Shown here one piece after another: positions 11,901 through 24,930 of a stretch of DNA of 64,000 nucleotides (position 1 is the stretch's first letter; the number at the start of each line of letters is the position of its first letter). Location: positions 124,001 through 188,000 of the forward strand of contig NW_024704742.1 of assembly GCF_018977255.1 (NCBI RefSeq), read 5' to 3'. The notes beneath the pieces were generated by a model. That model ran no database searches and was not told the origin of the DNA. It saw only the letters and a program-made list of their open reading frames with translations. The position numbers were made by a program, and so were the translations under genes. Source of the DNA: Callorhinchus milii (Eukaryota).

Positions 11901-14531
11901 CATCCATCCAAAGCACATCACAAATGTTGACTTAATTACCAATGGCCCACACTGCAGTGTTGATGAAATCATGTAAGTGCTGTTCATGAAGTCTCACATT
12001 TATGGTTTATTATTAGAAGCAGTTTATTATTAGAAACAGTTACAATGATACAGTTTACACAAAAATTCTATCAGGTGGGATCATTGTACCCTTCAGGTTA
12101 AACATTAACCCGAGGTCCCATCTGCCTGTTCAAGTGGATGTTAAAGATCTCATGGCACTATTCATAAAGAGAAGGAAGCTTCTCTCAGTGCCTTGACCAA
12201 TTATCTCCTAGACAAAATTGGTCATTCATTCCATGGCTTTTTGTGGGATATTGATGTGTGCAATTGGCTGCCACGTTTTCCTACAGAATAAGCAGTCACT
12301 ACACTCTGTAGCACATCCTGTGATGCATTTTAAGCTGTTTCAATGTATTGATTTGTTGAATTATTACCACGGGCCAATATAGTGTAGCAAATTTCTGTGC
12401 ACAACATTGAATGTTGACTTCAGCCGCCAGCAAGTGGATAGCTACTAAATCAATCGGTATGGGAAACTTGGCATAGGAAATAAAATTATTATTATTATTA
12501 TTAAGTTGGAAAGTGAAGCATTTTCCTTGTTTTTCAGCATTACACTCATCAAAGGAAACAAAATCTGTTTGGATCCAAATGAAAAATGGGTGCAGATGGT
12601 TATCAATATAATACAAAGGTATTGCTTCACTTCTTCAATATAACAAAAAGATCTTTTGCAAAATTAAAATCCATCAACTACAATTATAAAAAGTGTGAAA
12701 ATGTAACATTTGACGTGATATTTACCATCAAGTTGAGTTAGGCCTGTGTTTGCCATTGAATTGTCAACATCCGGGACAGACTTATAGGCCACCCCAACTG
12801 GCTCAATAGTCATTGGGGCAGTTTCAGGTCCAACCATATTGATAAAGTTGAAGAGTCAGTTATCAGCTAAGACATTGACAAGAATAAGAATTTCCAACAA
12901 TGTAATAATATCATTATTATGATAATATCATTACTATCACATCGAATGTCTCATTTTGTCACCCCTTCGAGGTTGCAATTCTGGTAGCAAAATATTGCAA
13001 AAGTGCAGGCTTTTTTGAAAAGAAATTCTGTGCACAATTTTGAAGGCAGGATTCAGCGTCCAAGAAGTTGAAGGCTCCTAAGCGGTGGCGGTTTGGGTCC
13101 TCGAAAAGGCATGGGAGTTTCAGGTAAAAGGTGGACACTGATTCGCGAGGGCACCGATTTGGCATAAAACCTCTTTGCGTATTTAAAAATTATGTCGGGC
13201 ATGAAGGACTTTGAAGATGAATATGAGGATTTTGAAATCATTCCATTCAGTGATAAGGAACCAGTGGAGCCTGGATTGCACTGATGTGCTGGGGTACAGA
13301 GTTTAGTGCTAGTGAATATATGGGCTGCAGAGTTTTGGATTAACTGGATTTTGTAGATATCCAGTGAGAACGCAGGATGTCAATGGAATCCTGGAGAACA
13401 GAATCCTCAAGCACGCCCAGGATTTAATACATTATTATGTTCACGGCTAGTCCTCTAAGGGGACACTTTGATATTTGCTCAGCATTCAGTATCACACATT
13501 CCCCCATCCCCTGCCAACATCTGTGTGCAGTTCCCATCAAAGTGAAGGCTGTCAGGCCAGAGAGATTTTATTACACAAAGGATACAGAAAGCAGGAAAGG
13601 GGTTTGGAGATTATATGAAGTCCTGTAGCATAATGGTTAGAGCACTCACCTCGCAAGCGAGAGGACCTGGTTTGATTCCTGGGCAGGACAAAACATTACA
13701 CAAGTTTCCTTACTCAACACGCCTCACCCAATCCACGACTGTTTGTGGGATCCTGCTGAGCACAATTGGCTATCACGTTGCACCCACAAAATACACATGC
13801 AATTCACTTTATTCTGAGAGATATCTCATAAACGTGATAAAGCGCTATATGTGGAGTCCTGTAGCTCAGTGGTTAGAGCGCTTGCCTCGCAAGCAAGAGA
13901 CCTGGGTTCGATTCCCAGCAGGACAAAATCTTGGGCAAGTTTCCTTACTCCACACGCCTGATAATAATCCCTCAAGAAAAAAAAGCAATAATAATTTGGT
14001 CACTCAAACCACGATTGTTTGTAGGACACTGCTGTGCGCAATTGGCTGCCACATTTCGCCCACAAATATACTGTCACTTTACAGTATATTCCATGAAGGG
14101 CTTTGAGATGTCTAGAAGATGTGAAAAGCGCTATATCAAATTCAAGGATTATTATTATTATATCAAATGCAAGGATTGTTATTATTATATTAATGTATTT
14201 TCATCCTAAATACCAGTCTAATTTTGTTTGTAAAATTGTTCAGAGCTTGAAAAAATATTCACTGCATTACTGCAAACAGAACTTTAACAGCATTTTTAGG
14301 CCTAAGTGGGAGTGTGCCTATAAACCTATCTTAATATGTTTTATTTTTTTTCTAAAAATCAGATCACAAAGTTCTCCTGGTGGGCGGCGTCCAGCACGTC
14401 CATCAGTCGAAAGAAGTATGACGGAAATGGTCAAGGAATACATGGAGATCTTACTGATGGATGAAGATCTAATAAAGCCTCATTATTTGCGTCATCCTAG
14501 AAAATATGGTGGCAGACTATTCAATGAGTAA
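8849..14531 (+). CDS. CXC chemokine, CXCL8/IL-8-like (gene A), 4 coding exons, 155 aa with long C-terminal extension
   Basis: Exons 8849-8927, 11834-11972, 12538-12618, 14363-14531, all GT-AG with intron phases 1/2/2 typical of CXC genes. Translation: [155 protein letters not shown]. LRCxCIKT..FIHPK, GPHC..EII and ICLDP..WV are CXCL8 hallmarks. Exons 1 and 4 are less certain than 2 and 3. Confidence 0.85.
11236..11617 (+). mobile_element. tRNA-derived SINE in chemokine A intron 1
   Basis: Diverged head, body and tail of the same family. Confidence 0.85.
11834..11972 (+). CDS. Chemokine A exon 2 (CXC motif to Cys3)
   Basis: tttgtag|CT...[38 protein letters not shown]|gtaagt; 139 nt. Confidence 0.95.
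12538..12618 (+). CDS. Chemokine A exon 3 (Cys4, C-terminal helix)
   Basis: ttttcag|[29 protein letters not shown]|gtattg; 81 nt. Confidence 0.95.
13614..14190 (+). mobile_element. Two tandem tRNA-derived SINEs in chemokine A intron 3
   Basis: Heads at about 13614 and 13849; duplicated tail TATCAAATGCAAGGATT. Confidence 0.85.
14363..14531 (+). CDS. Chemokine A exon 4 (putative, 55-aa tail)
   Basis: The acceptor follows a T-rich tract (ttattttttttctaaaaatcag). The phase is compatible with exon 3 and the frame is open to TAA at 14531 in non-repeat sequence. ATTAAA lies near 14619. Confidence 0.65.
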
Positions 14532-14889
14532 CGCCACTGAATGCTATTCCCACTCACGTTGACAATGTGATGTGCAACCATTGTAGGTTCCAAACGATGG
14601 CAGAATCGCCATCTTGATATTAAAATCTTTATCAATAGTTAAAAAACTGCATGTAGTATATTTTATTTCCAGGTAACAGAAATCTTCCCTCATCTTCACG
14701 CATACAACAAATTACATTTATGTAGCGCCGTTCACATCGGAAGGACGTCCTAAGGTGCTGGATAGTCAAGGGTTTGCACCCGAGCTGGGGTTAGAATCAA
14801 GAGAATTGGAGGGTAGGGAGAGTGGGGGTAGGAGTGTGGCCGGTCTTGAGCTGGACCTTGATGAAGGCAAGGAATGGGACAAGGCAGAG

Positions 14890-15485
14890 GGATTCTGGGA
14901 TTCTGGCATGCTTTCACCTCATCCAGGCTAGACCACGCCAACCTCTCTGCTTGCTGGGCTTCCCGACTCTTCCCTCCACAAGCTGCAAACCATCCAGCGG
15001 TTTGTGTCCTCTCCCGCACCAGGCTCCGTGACCCAATCACCCCCATCTTTGCCCAGCTCCACTGGCTCTCAATCCCCCAGAGGATTGAGTTCAAAATTCT
15101 CATCCTCACTTTTAAATCCCTCCACAGTCTAGCCACACTCTATCCCTGGGACCTTCTAAAATCCTATCAATCTGCCTGCTACCTCTGCTCGGCAAGCACT
15201 GGCTTGCTTCACATCCCCAGCCCGGCCTGCCCCATCATCAGCGGTAGGGGCTTCAGCCTTTATACCCCCACCGACTGAAAATCCATTTCGCCTCACCCTT
15301 CCCTTACCTCCTTCAAGGTTCATCTCAAGACCCTCCCCTTTGTCCACGCTTTTGGTCATCTTCATCATCTTCATTATTTGGACCCCACCAAATCCAATCC
15401 CCAGCCTGAATGCAAAGCCTTGACTCTCCATCAACTTGGGACATCCTCCTGAAGCGAATGGCGTGATAAAAATACAGTTTGTTGC
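14890..15485 (+). mobile_element. L2-clade LINE 3' fragment
   Basis: Translation HAFTSSRLDHAN...ITPIFAQLHWLSIPQRIEFKILILTFKSLH matches the L2 ORF2 C-terminus. Confidence 0.9.
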
Positions 15486-17284
15486 TGATTTGTCCCTTTT
15501 GAATTCTTAACCCTACATTTCTTTCACCACAATTATTTTGCTCCAACACAGTTTTAGAATAATAGTGTTCTCGGTCTGTTTGATTGCTTTTGTTCCACTA
15601 TTTCATAAATCCCACAAGTCAGTAAGGTTATAAAGGGGAAAACATGTTGTGATCTTCTTTATCATCCAAACATGTACTGCTACTATGTTATTTATAATAA
15701 TAATATAATAATAATCCTGGCATTTGATATAGCATCTTATCATATCATTGAGGCATCTCAAAGTGCTTCACAAAATATACTGTAAAGTGAAGTGATTGTA
15801 CAGTTTGTGAGCGAAACATGGCAAACAATTATGCACAACAGTATCTCACAAACAGTCGTAGATTGAGTGACCAATTTATTACTTTTTTTAAAAATTATTT
15901 TAAGGGATTATTATGTCCGGAAAAGCGATTACAAATCGACTAACAACTGGGTTCCTACTTATTTAGATGAACAGAGGCATATGGAGCAAGGAAACTTGCC
16001 CAACGTTTCACCCTGTTAGTATGTGGTAACTCTCACTGACTTAAGCAACTAACGGCTGCAAAGTATATTGTGCAATCATTTGTGCACAGCCTGCAACATC
16101 AAGTGCTTTGAGACATCCACCCGACCTGAAAGGTGTTACACAGTATAAATATAAATTATATTGTATTTGTTTGCGAACAGACTTTGTCTCGCTGATAATG
16201 TGCATTCCAGGCCTGAAAGGTAAATACTCTGCCTCTCTGACTAGAACTAGAGGCACAAAGGTTTTTGTGGGCATCAGACGCGTGGGTGATCAAAAACAAT
16301 TAGTATGCTATTGCATCACAACAACAACAAATTACATTTATATAGCGCTTTCACGTTGGGAGGTCATCCTAAAGTCCTGGACACTCAAGGGTTTGCACCC
16401 AAGCTTGAGGAATCAAGAGGGATGGAGGGCGATGGGGATGGGATCAAAGTCATAATAATAATAATAATCCTTGCATTTAATATAGCGCTTTTCACATCTT
16501 CTCGACGTCTCAAAGCGCTTCACAGAATATACTGTAAAGTGAATTGACTGTGTATTTGTGGGCGAAATGTGGCAGCCAATTGTGCACAGCAGCGTCCCAC
16601 AAACAGTCATGGTCAAAGATGAAAGTCTTGAGACAACTAGTATGGGCTGTCTAAAGCTAAGGGGTGAGGCGGAGGGGCTCCTGGATATTCCAGATGGTGG
16701 GCAGAAAGGGTGGAGCAGGCAGGTTACGGCACATGGGGCAGGTTATTGCTCGCCAATAAGGGAGCAGATAGGTTGTTAAGAATTTAGTAGGTCACAGAGG
16801 TAGGGAAGAGCAAGACCATGGAGGGTTTTAAAGGTGAGGATGAGGGTCTTAAACTTGATCCTTTAGGGGACGGGAGGCAAACTTTAACCAAATATCACCA
16901 ACTTTACTGTTAAGCATCCAGCTGCCTCTGCTCTACTGGCTCAACTCTCCTAACTGTCCCTCGAAACCTCCGATCCACCATCGGCGGCCATGCCTTCAGC
17001 CGCTACGCCCAAAAGCTATGGAACAACCTCCTTCAATCCCTTAGACTTGCCCCCTCTTTCCCCGGTCTTTGACCAGGCCTATGGTCACCTTCCCCCACCC
17101 CTTTGCTCGGCATCGGGCTCCACCATTGTTAAGCGCTCTGGGACCCCGCCCAGTATGGAGAGCATTATATAAATGCAAGTTGTTGTTGTAAGCCAAGATT
17201 ATTCAGTTATTTTGTAATAAACATTTCAGAAACATTTTAACATGAGCATGAAATGTCCAACCAAAAACAGTCTGGTACCATTCA

Positions 17285-18215
17285 AAAAGGGAAGAGAGTT
17301 TCTCCCAGTGGCTGAAGGCACAGCCGCCGAGGGTGGAGCGGGGGACGAGGAGGAGGCCAGACCCAGAGGAACAAAGGCAACGGGTACTGTTTAGAGGGAA
17401 AGGAGGTCAGAGAGGTCGGGAGGTGCAGAGGAGTGGAGGGATTTGAGTACAAGGGTGAAGATCTTGTAGTCGAACCTCTCTGGGATAGGCAGCCAGTGCA
17501 GACTGACAAGGACTGGGGTGATCGGGGAGCAGAGTTTGGTGCGGGTAAGAATGCAGGCGGCAGAGTTTTGTATGACCTGGATTTTATGAATGGTAGTGGA
17601 GGGGAGACAGGCAAGGAGGGCATTTGAATAGTCCAGCCGAGAGGTGACAAAGGCATGGACCAGGGTTTCAGGGCTTTTGGAATGTTTCAGCGGCTTTTGG
17701 AGTGAGGTATTGGCGGAGACTGGCAATGTGTCAGAGGTGGAAGAAAGCAGTGTTGGTGAGGGACTGGATGTTGGGGGAGGAAGGATAATTGGGGGTTGAA
17801 CTTGACGCCTAGGTTGCGTATGGGTTCGGAGAGTTTTAGAGGGAGGTCAGGTAGGTGGAGGAAGTGAGAACCCTGTGCTTTTAGACGTTGACAAGAGTCA
17901 AAGAGTATGGCTTCCGTCTTGTCAACGTTCAGCTGAAGGAAATTTGCGCTCATCCAGCCTCTGAGGTCTGACAGGCAGCTGACGGAACATCAGGGGATTG
18001 GGGTCACAAAGAGAGGTGGAAAATTAGAGTTGGGTGTCGTCCGTGTACATGTGGAAATGGACCCCATGTCTGCGGATGACATCCCCAAGGGAGCATGTAG
18101 ATCAGAAAGAGAAGGGGGCCAAGGATGGATCCTTGGGATACCCCGCAGGTAACCAGGTGAAAGCGGGAGGAGAAGCCATTTGTGCAGATGTACTGCTAGC
18201 AGTTTGTGAGGTAAG
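17285..18215 (-). mobile_element. L2-clade LINE ORF2 fragment (degraded)
   Basis: [33 protein letters not shown] and LHWLPIPERFDYKI; frameshifted. Confidence 0.92.
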
Positions 18216-18549
18216 ACTCCATGGCTTTTTGTGGGACGTTGCTATGTGCAAATTGGCTGCTGGGTTCTCCTACAAAATTCACAGTCACTACACTTTAAAG
18301 TATATCTCATGAAGTCCTTTTTAGACGTCCTCCCAATGTCAAAAAGCAAAATCAAATGCAAAGATTATTCATTTTTATTTCCATGACAGAAAGAGACAGA
18401 CGTCCATTTCTAAGCTTTAAACTCACAAGTAAATGCATTAAAATGGCTTATTCTGTCACTCCCTAGAAAACCTTTGTATGATCAGGACAAGTACATATTG
18501 GGAAATTCTATATTACAATTCTTGATGTAACTGGTGTTTAATCCATCAA

Positions 18550-18955
18550 CTGATAAACCCTCTGACCTGCCCGTACTCGACTCTTCTGTCTGTCCCCTTT
18601 TCTCAGCCGGTACAAGCCGACTGCATGTCCGCGCCACCATCAGCGACCATGCCATCAGCCACTACCAACCTCTGGAACTCCCTGCCTTAATCCACTTCAA
18701 CCTCTCTGGATTGTCCTTTGGCCTCTCTGCCCCCACCCTCTGGAACTCCATCCCACAGTCCCTCCGCCTCGCCCCCTCCCTTGCCCTCATCAAGACCCAT
18801 CTCAAGACCGTCCTTCGACCGTGCCTTCAGTCTCCCTCCTAACCCTCCACTCCTCCTGATCCCAACCACCAGCTCGAGTGCGGATGCCTGACTGCCCAGC
18901 GCTTTGGGAAGTCTTCCAGACTTGAAAGATGCTATAGAAATGTAATTTGTTGCTG
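18550..18955 (+). mobile_element. L2-clade LINE 3' end
   Basis: [13 protein letters not shown] motif and TGTAATTTGTTG tail. Confidence 0.8.
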
Positions 18956-21900
18956 TTTAAATCCCAGTTTAAGATTTATCTGTTCAACCATGCTTATGGT
19001 CACTTCTCCTCCTTGGCTTGGCATCCACCTACATCACTTTGCAGTTATCTGAGATTCTGGGTAAAGGACGCTATATAAATCCATGTTGTTGTTGCTGGGT
19101 CTCGCTAACCAGATAACCTGTCCCAGCAATGCATGGGTTATCTTAGTTAAATAAGAACACACAATTGGGCAGTTCCTACTTTAGCACATAGGTTGCCAGT
19201 GTACCAAAACATGACAAATTATCCTTCACTATTCCTCTCAATCTCCAAAAAAGTCTTTGCAATGTTCAGGAGTGAAAGGGCTAGGACTGGTCATCTTAAA
19301 CCAAGAAAAATGTGGTTGACTGTGGTAGATCCAATTGTGTTAATGTTAACCACAAACAGCTGTGTGCCAGTAGAAGTGAAAGAGATTAAATATTATGTTC
19401 ATGCTTTCATAATAATCCTTGAGGTTGATATAGTTCCTTTCATATCTGGAGGACGTCTCAAAGCATTTCAAAGGATTTATTGTATAGTGTAGTCACTGTG
19501 TATTTTGAAGGCAAGCAAAGGAAAGAAGGAACTTGTATTTTTATAATGCTTGAGAAGAGGAACATGTCTCCCAAGCCACTGGTTGAAAAGAGAAGGGAGT
19601 TTCTCCCACTGTCCTGGCCAACTTTCCCCCAAATAACATTGGTCACTCACTTCATGCCAGTTTGGGATATTGCTGTATGCAAATTGGCAGTCACGTTCAC
19701 TCACAAAACAGTCACTACACATTAAGGTGTATTGTAATAATCCTAACATTTGATACAGCACCTTATCACATCATTGAGAAGTCTCAAAGTGCTTCACAGA
19801 ATAAATTGTAAAGTGGATTGACTGTATTTTGTAGGTGAAATGAGGCAGCTCATTGTACACAGCAGCGTCCCATAAAAAGTCGTGGATTGAGTGACCAATT
19901 TTCTTTTAAGGAATTATTATCAAGTGAGATAACCACAATGCAGTAGGACTCCAAAAACTACTGCTGGGGGCAGAGGCTGCTTTTGTGTGCAAACGAACAT
20001 GGCAGCCAATTTGCCAAGACCCTTCAGATAGCAGATGTGAGGAAGCACACCAGCTGGGTTGCTAAGTTTAGTTTTTAGCTAGCGATCAGCAATAAATAGA
20101 TCAGACCTGCCCTCACCTCACCCCTTGCGCTGAACACCTTTCTGAGCGCTGTGAGAGTGAAATGCACAGCACTCTCCAGCTCCAAAGAGGTAAAGGAAAG
20201 CCTCACTTATTAGCTGCTGCACTGACGCTGTTTATACAGTGTGAGACTGGCTTTAGCTCCTCTGTATCTCCACGATGCATTTGTGTGTCAAAACCACATT
20301 CAGAACATTCTTCAAACAAATGAGGGAAAAGTTCTATCTTCTCATGAGAGCAGTGTCCCTTTAAATTTGCCCCCACCCCCAAAAAATATCCTGTGAAGCA
20401 CTTTGGGACTTCCTCCTGACATGAAAGATTCTATACTAAATGTTAACATTATTAGGATTATTATTATCACAACAATTTCTGTCTAATGCGTTTTTGTTCG
20501 TAGAACAGTTTTTGCACCAGTCAGATCTCTAGAACGGTCATGAAGTGAATAACCAATGAATCTCAAGGGAGAAACTCTCCTATTTTTGAACAGTTCAAGT
20601 TATCATGCAATATCTCCCTGAAAACAGAACCTTGGTTTTACTGTTTCGTACATAAGTCAAAGACAAAAGATCTCTGGCCATGGAGAGTTTCTGCTCAGAG
20701 GAGTGTCAATTTAGATTATGAGCTCAAATGCCAATACAAGACTTGAACCTCCCATCTTATGAGTCTTGACCCTGACACCAACTGAGACAAACAAAGCCAC
20801 AATATTAATAACGTTCTGCACTTGCCCCAGTGTCTCACATTGTCAATTTGTTAACCACATCTTAAGCAACCACAGTTTCCTTCACTTTAGGAAACAAAAT
20901 ACAGGAACTGTAGCATTGAGGAGAAGAGTGAACCATCTTACACATGAGCACATACAAGTTTGATTGGAGAAAAACTTGGCTTATCAACCTTCCCCGGACC
21001 CAACAACTCCACTTTATTCACTTATTCCATCTCCAGTTTAATTCACACTGGATCTTGTTTACTCGCTGTCCTGTGTAAGCCCTGATCTCAATTCTGAAAT
21101 AATACAATTTAATAAGAATAGTCCCTGCCTTTGATATACAGCCTTTTGCAACAGAAGGATGTCTCAAAGCACTTCATATAATTTCCTGTAAAGCGTGGTG
21201 GAGTAGGAGTCTGTTTCTTATATCATTGATGTGTGAAGAAAAATTTCTTCCAATCTCAAAATAATGTTATAAATTTAAATTATACCACCTTATGCTTTTG
21301 GGGGGTGATTTCCTCATTAATTTACTCCGCCACTTTTCTCCCCTACTCTCCTTTTATCCTTAACTTTTTTTTAACTTGAGTATGAGTCTGCAGAGCAGCA
21401 GATCACAATCCTGTCCTCACTTGATGCCCACTCCTGAATACCTCCAGCAGAGGGCACTGAATAATAATTCTGTTCTTATCACAATATTAATAATCATTGC
21501 ATTTGATAAAGCACTTTATCACATCATCAAAACTCTCCAGGCAGATTGTTTGCCAAAACCCTTGGAGACTTCCATCTCCTTTTGGATTGCCACGCAATCT
21601 TCAACGTCTAATCTGAAGATGACCTCCATCAATACAGTGCTATATGGAGTTATTAGGTTTGTGAGCTGCTAACCCCATATAGACCTGTCCACTCCCTCCG
21701 CTCAGTGGACTCCGGCCTGCTCCATGACCACCATCGGTGGTCGGGCCTTCAGCCTCTCTGCACCCATCCCACATTTCCTTTGCCTCGTCCCTTGATGTCT
21801 CTTCATACCTGTGGATGTGCACCACACAAGGCACGGCAAAACCTTGGGCAAGCTTCCTTACTCCACACAGAGCCTAATAATAATCCCTCCAAAACAATAA

Positions 21901-22579
21901 TAAATTGGTCATTTTCAATCCACGACTGTGTGTGGGACGCTGCTGTGCACAATCGGCTGCCGCGTTTTGCCCACAAATATATGGTCAATTCACTTTACAG
22001 CATATTCTGTGAAGCACTTTGAGACGTTGAGAAGATGTGAAAAGCGCTATATCAAATGCAAGGATTATTATTATTATTATATTCCCTCCATTGCCTCCAT
22101 CAAGGCACGTCTTAAACCCTCCTCTTCGACCGCGCATTTGGTCATCCGCCTATCCCTACCTTTCCTGCACTCCAACCTCCCTGATCCCAACTCCCAGCTC
22201 GGGTCCAAAACCCTGACTGTCCAGCACCTTGGGACGTTCTCCCGATGTGAAAGGCGCTGGGTAAATGTAATTTGTTGTTGTTGTTGTTGATTCTGCAGCA
22301 CTGCACTAGAGTGTTAGACTAAAAGTCCCGGCTTACTGCTTAAATCCACAACCTCTGACATAGAGGCAAGATTTTTTTTCTTTCCAACCATGACAAATTG
22401 ACACTAACATAAAATACACCAGAGGGACCCACAGTCTGTCCCAGTCATGAGCAAAATAACTTATTTGGAGATTGTGTTACTCATACTTGGTAAAAATGAA
22501 ACTTCAACTTTGGAATCATCTCTATACTCACTGTTTAACAATTACATTTCAGTGATGTGAACTTCAATTTCTATTCTAG

Positions 22580-22893
22580 TAAAGAGAAACATAGACATAA
22601 GGGCTCGAAACTAGGGTGACAGTGAGGTACGACACAGTAAAATGTCATCCGTCCACAGCAAATCACCGATATTGAACTCTTTCCCGTGACCCACGCTGCC
22701 GTGACCTGGAAGTTATGTAAGCCTTGCATTTATAGTTTATTGTTAGAGGCACGATCACACTGCTTTCACAACGATTCTACCGAGTTGGCAAGTGAAGCAG
22801 TTTTATTTTCAGGATAACTATTCAGAACAGAAACAAAACCCGTTTGAACGCTAAAGCAAGATGGGTGCAAAAGGTTTTCGTCGAGCGTCAAAG
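22580..22893 (+). pseudogene. CXCL8-like chemokine pseudogene (paralog of gene A), exons 2 and 3
   Basis: Exon 2 remnant 22580-22716 reads LG*Q*GTTQ*NVIRPQQITDIELFP/DPRCRDLEV AT|gtaagc, with three stops and two apparent 1-nt frameshifts. Exon 3 at 22813-22893 (81 nt) reads ITIQNRNKTRLNAKARWVQKVFVERQ with Cys4 changed to Arg. The upstream intron is alignable to that of gene A. Confidence 0.9.
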
Positions 22894-22957
22894 GTATTTT
22901 TTGATTTCTATAAAAAAATGCATTATATTATGTAAAATTAAAATCACATCATTCTTT

Positions 22958-23540
22958 GTACCTGCCAACCCCCTAGGGAAGACTCAAACCCACACTTGAT
23001 GGATGTCAAATGACCAACTAGTAATTATCCTCCTGGGTGGGAGGTTAGCGGAGTCTCCGTGGAACTGAAGTCGATTCAGGGTGACATGTTTGGCAACGGA
23101 ATGTCGGAACCGATTCACACATCTGTAGCAGTCTCAGTAGTCTGGTTCGGTATTCCAGAGCACTGCTGATGACAATACAGCCAGCATGGCTCATCATTAG
23201 ACCTTGGAAGGGCAGACCAGTCACTGGGGGCAGAGAGTTATCCCACTCAGCTCCTGTTAACCCTGCAAACCAAAGCCCTAGGGTGGCTCTAGCTGGACAA
23301 GCAGCAGGAAAGCTTGCCAAACAATGCTCTCAATGGCAAGCTATGTGGTTTTAGCTGGTTACATTCCAGCAATAACTTAACACACAATCTGGAGGTATCC
23401 AAGCTTTTGCCAACCTTCAGCTTATACTCTCCAGAATTAGGTAAGCAGGGGAATTTCACCAGGGAGAGATTGTGCATTCCATTCAAGATACGGGAATTTT
23501 CACATATAGGTGAGAAACATGAAATTCTCAGCCTGGTTGT
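22958..23540 (+). repeat. Unclassified ~600-bp dispersed repeat, copy 1
   Basis: Alignable by eye to the reverse complement of 25595-26220. Fragments also occur near 1790-1900, 37300-37365, 38810-38870 and 59370-59470. Confidence 0.8.
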
Positions 23541-24454
23541 TCACTAGACATTAATAACGACAGGAATTTACGACAATGTGATATCACCAGTGACTCGGAT
23601 AGCACAGTGCTGAGCTGAGCCTGATTGAGATCAGCACTAGGAAGGAACCTGCAGTGTTTGATAAAGCATTCCTTATGATAGTTAGCAAAAGTGACATGTT
23701 ATGCAACATCAGTTTTCATCCCCTAATATTCTGCAGTCACCACATTCCAATTGTTGGAAGAAAAACATTTTATCAGTTTTACCAGTTGTTCCACCACACA
23801 CNAAAAAATGACCACAAGTTGTTTCACTTTGTACAACAAACATTTAGAGAATTATAGTCAATTAAAGATGCCCTTAACACTTGTTCCTTTTGCTAATTAC
23901 AGATAGAGGACATCAGGTTTATCCCACAATTTAAGAGCTGTTTGGGCTTATGTGTCCTGAAAACATTAAAATCCATATAAAAAGTTTCCTCTTTCAGAAT
24001 TATACCTGCAATTTATAAGGCTGATATATAAGGCTGGATTTCAATTTGGTTCAGATATCAATCTTAATAAGAAAAACACCTCCTCCCCTTCAACAAAAAG
24101 CTAGACCATTAAAGGTCATGATTGCAAATAGTGACATGAGAACAATACAGTATTAAGGGATTTACTGGATCAAGTTCTATCAAAAGCTTGATTGGGTATT
24201 AGAAATTTCTCATTAAATCATTTCAAATCTACACTGTAAAATGGTTGAATGTTTTTCATTGTGCAGAAAATAATAAATTCACATTTTGTCATTGTTCAAT
24301 TCTTGTTCCTTTGTTCTTTTCATCCAAGTTATTTCACTCAACAAGCTTTAACTTAATGGAGGGCTCAAATACAATTTGAAGCATAGTACTTAAGTTAATC
24401 CACACCTGCAATTCTGTGTACAATTTTAGTCATCGCATTATAAAGGTGCTAACC

Positions 24455-24930
24455 ACCACCACCAAATTGACATTTTTACAGTGCCTTCCATATTGGGAGG
24501 ACGTCCAAAGGCGTGGACAGACCAGGGTTTGTGAGCTGGGGTGGGAGTGGGTGGGGGGGGTGAACAACACACTGAGGGTTGAGGTTGGGAAAGATGACTG
24601 AAGACGCAGTCAAACAGCAAGGTCTGGCGGTGACCTTTGAAGGAGGCGAGGGAAGGGGTGAGCAGCAGAGTTTCTGGAATAGAGTTCCAGGGATTTGGGG
24701 CAGAGAAGCTGAAAGGCTGAATACCAACAGTGGGATGGGCAGGTTACGGGATGTACACGGCTTGAGGAGGTCACAGAGGTTAGGGTGGAACAAGTCCATA
24801 GAGGGATTAAAGCTTAGGATGAGAATTTCAAACTTGATCCGCTGGGAGATGGGGAGCCAGCACAGATGGGGAAGGTGGGGTTAATGGGCTGCAGAGTTCT
24901 GGAGAGTCTGCAGCTTGTGAAGGGAAGGGT
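24455..24930 (-). mobile_element. L2-clade LINE 3' fragment
   Basis: Similar to the other L2 3' ends in the window. Confidence 0.75.

Noticed and set aside
13615..14362. ORFs of 142-163 aa around 13.6-14.4 kb and similar ORFs with CAIGC/YYYY motifs across the window
   Set aside because: They are translations of SINE copies. Only 14363-14531 is treated as coding.
22447..22489. MSKITYLEIVLLIL G|gtaaaa as exon 1 of the pseudogene
   Set aside because: It is homologous to intron-1 sequence of gene A (about 11750-11800), which has no ATG or donor there, so it is intronic.
22617..22625. TGA-CAG-TGA as a selenocysteine UxU chemokine
   Set aside because: An in-frame TAA, two frameshifts and loss of Cys4 in the same gene indicate pseudogenisation. 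I recognised no SECIS element.
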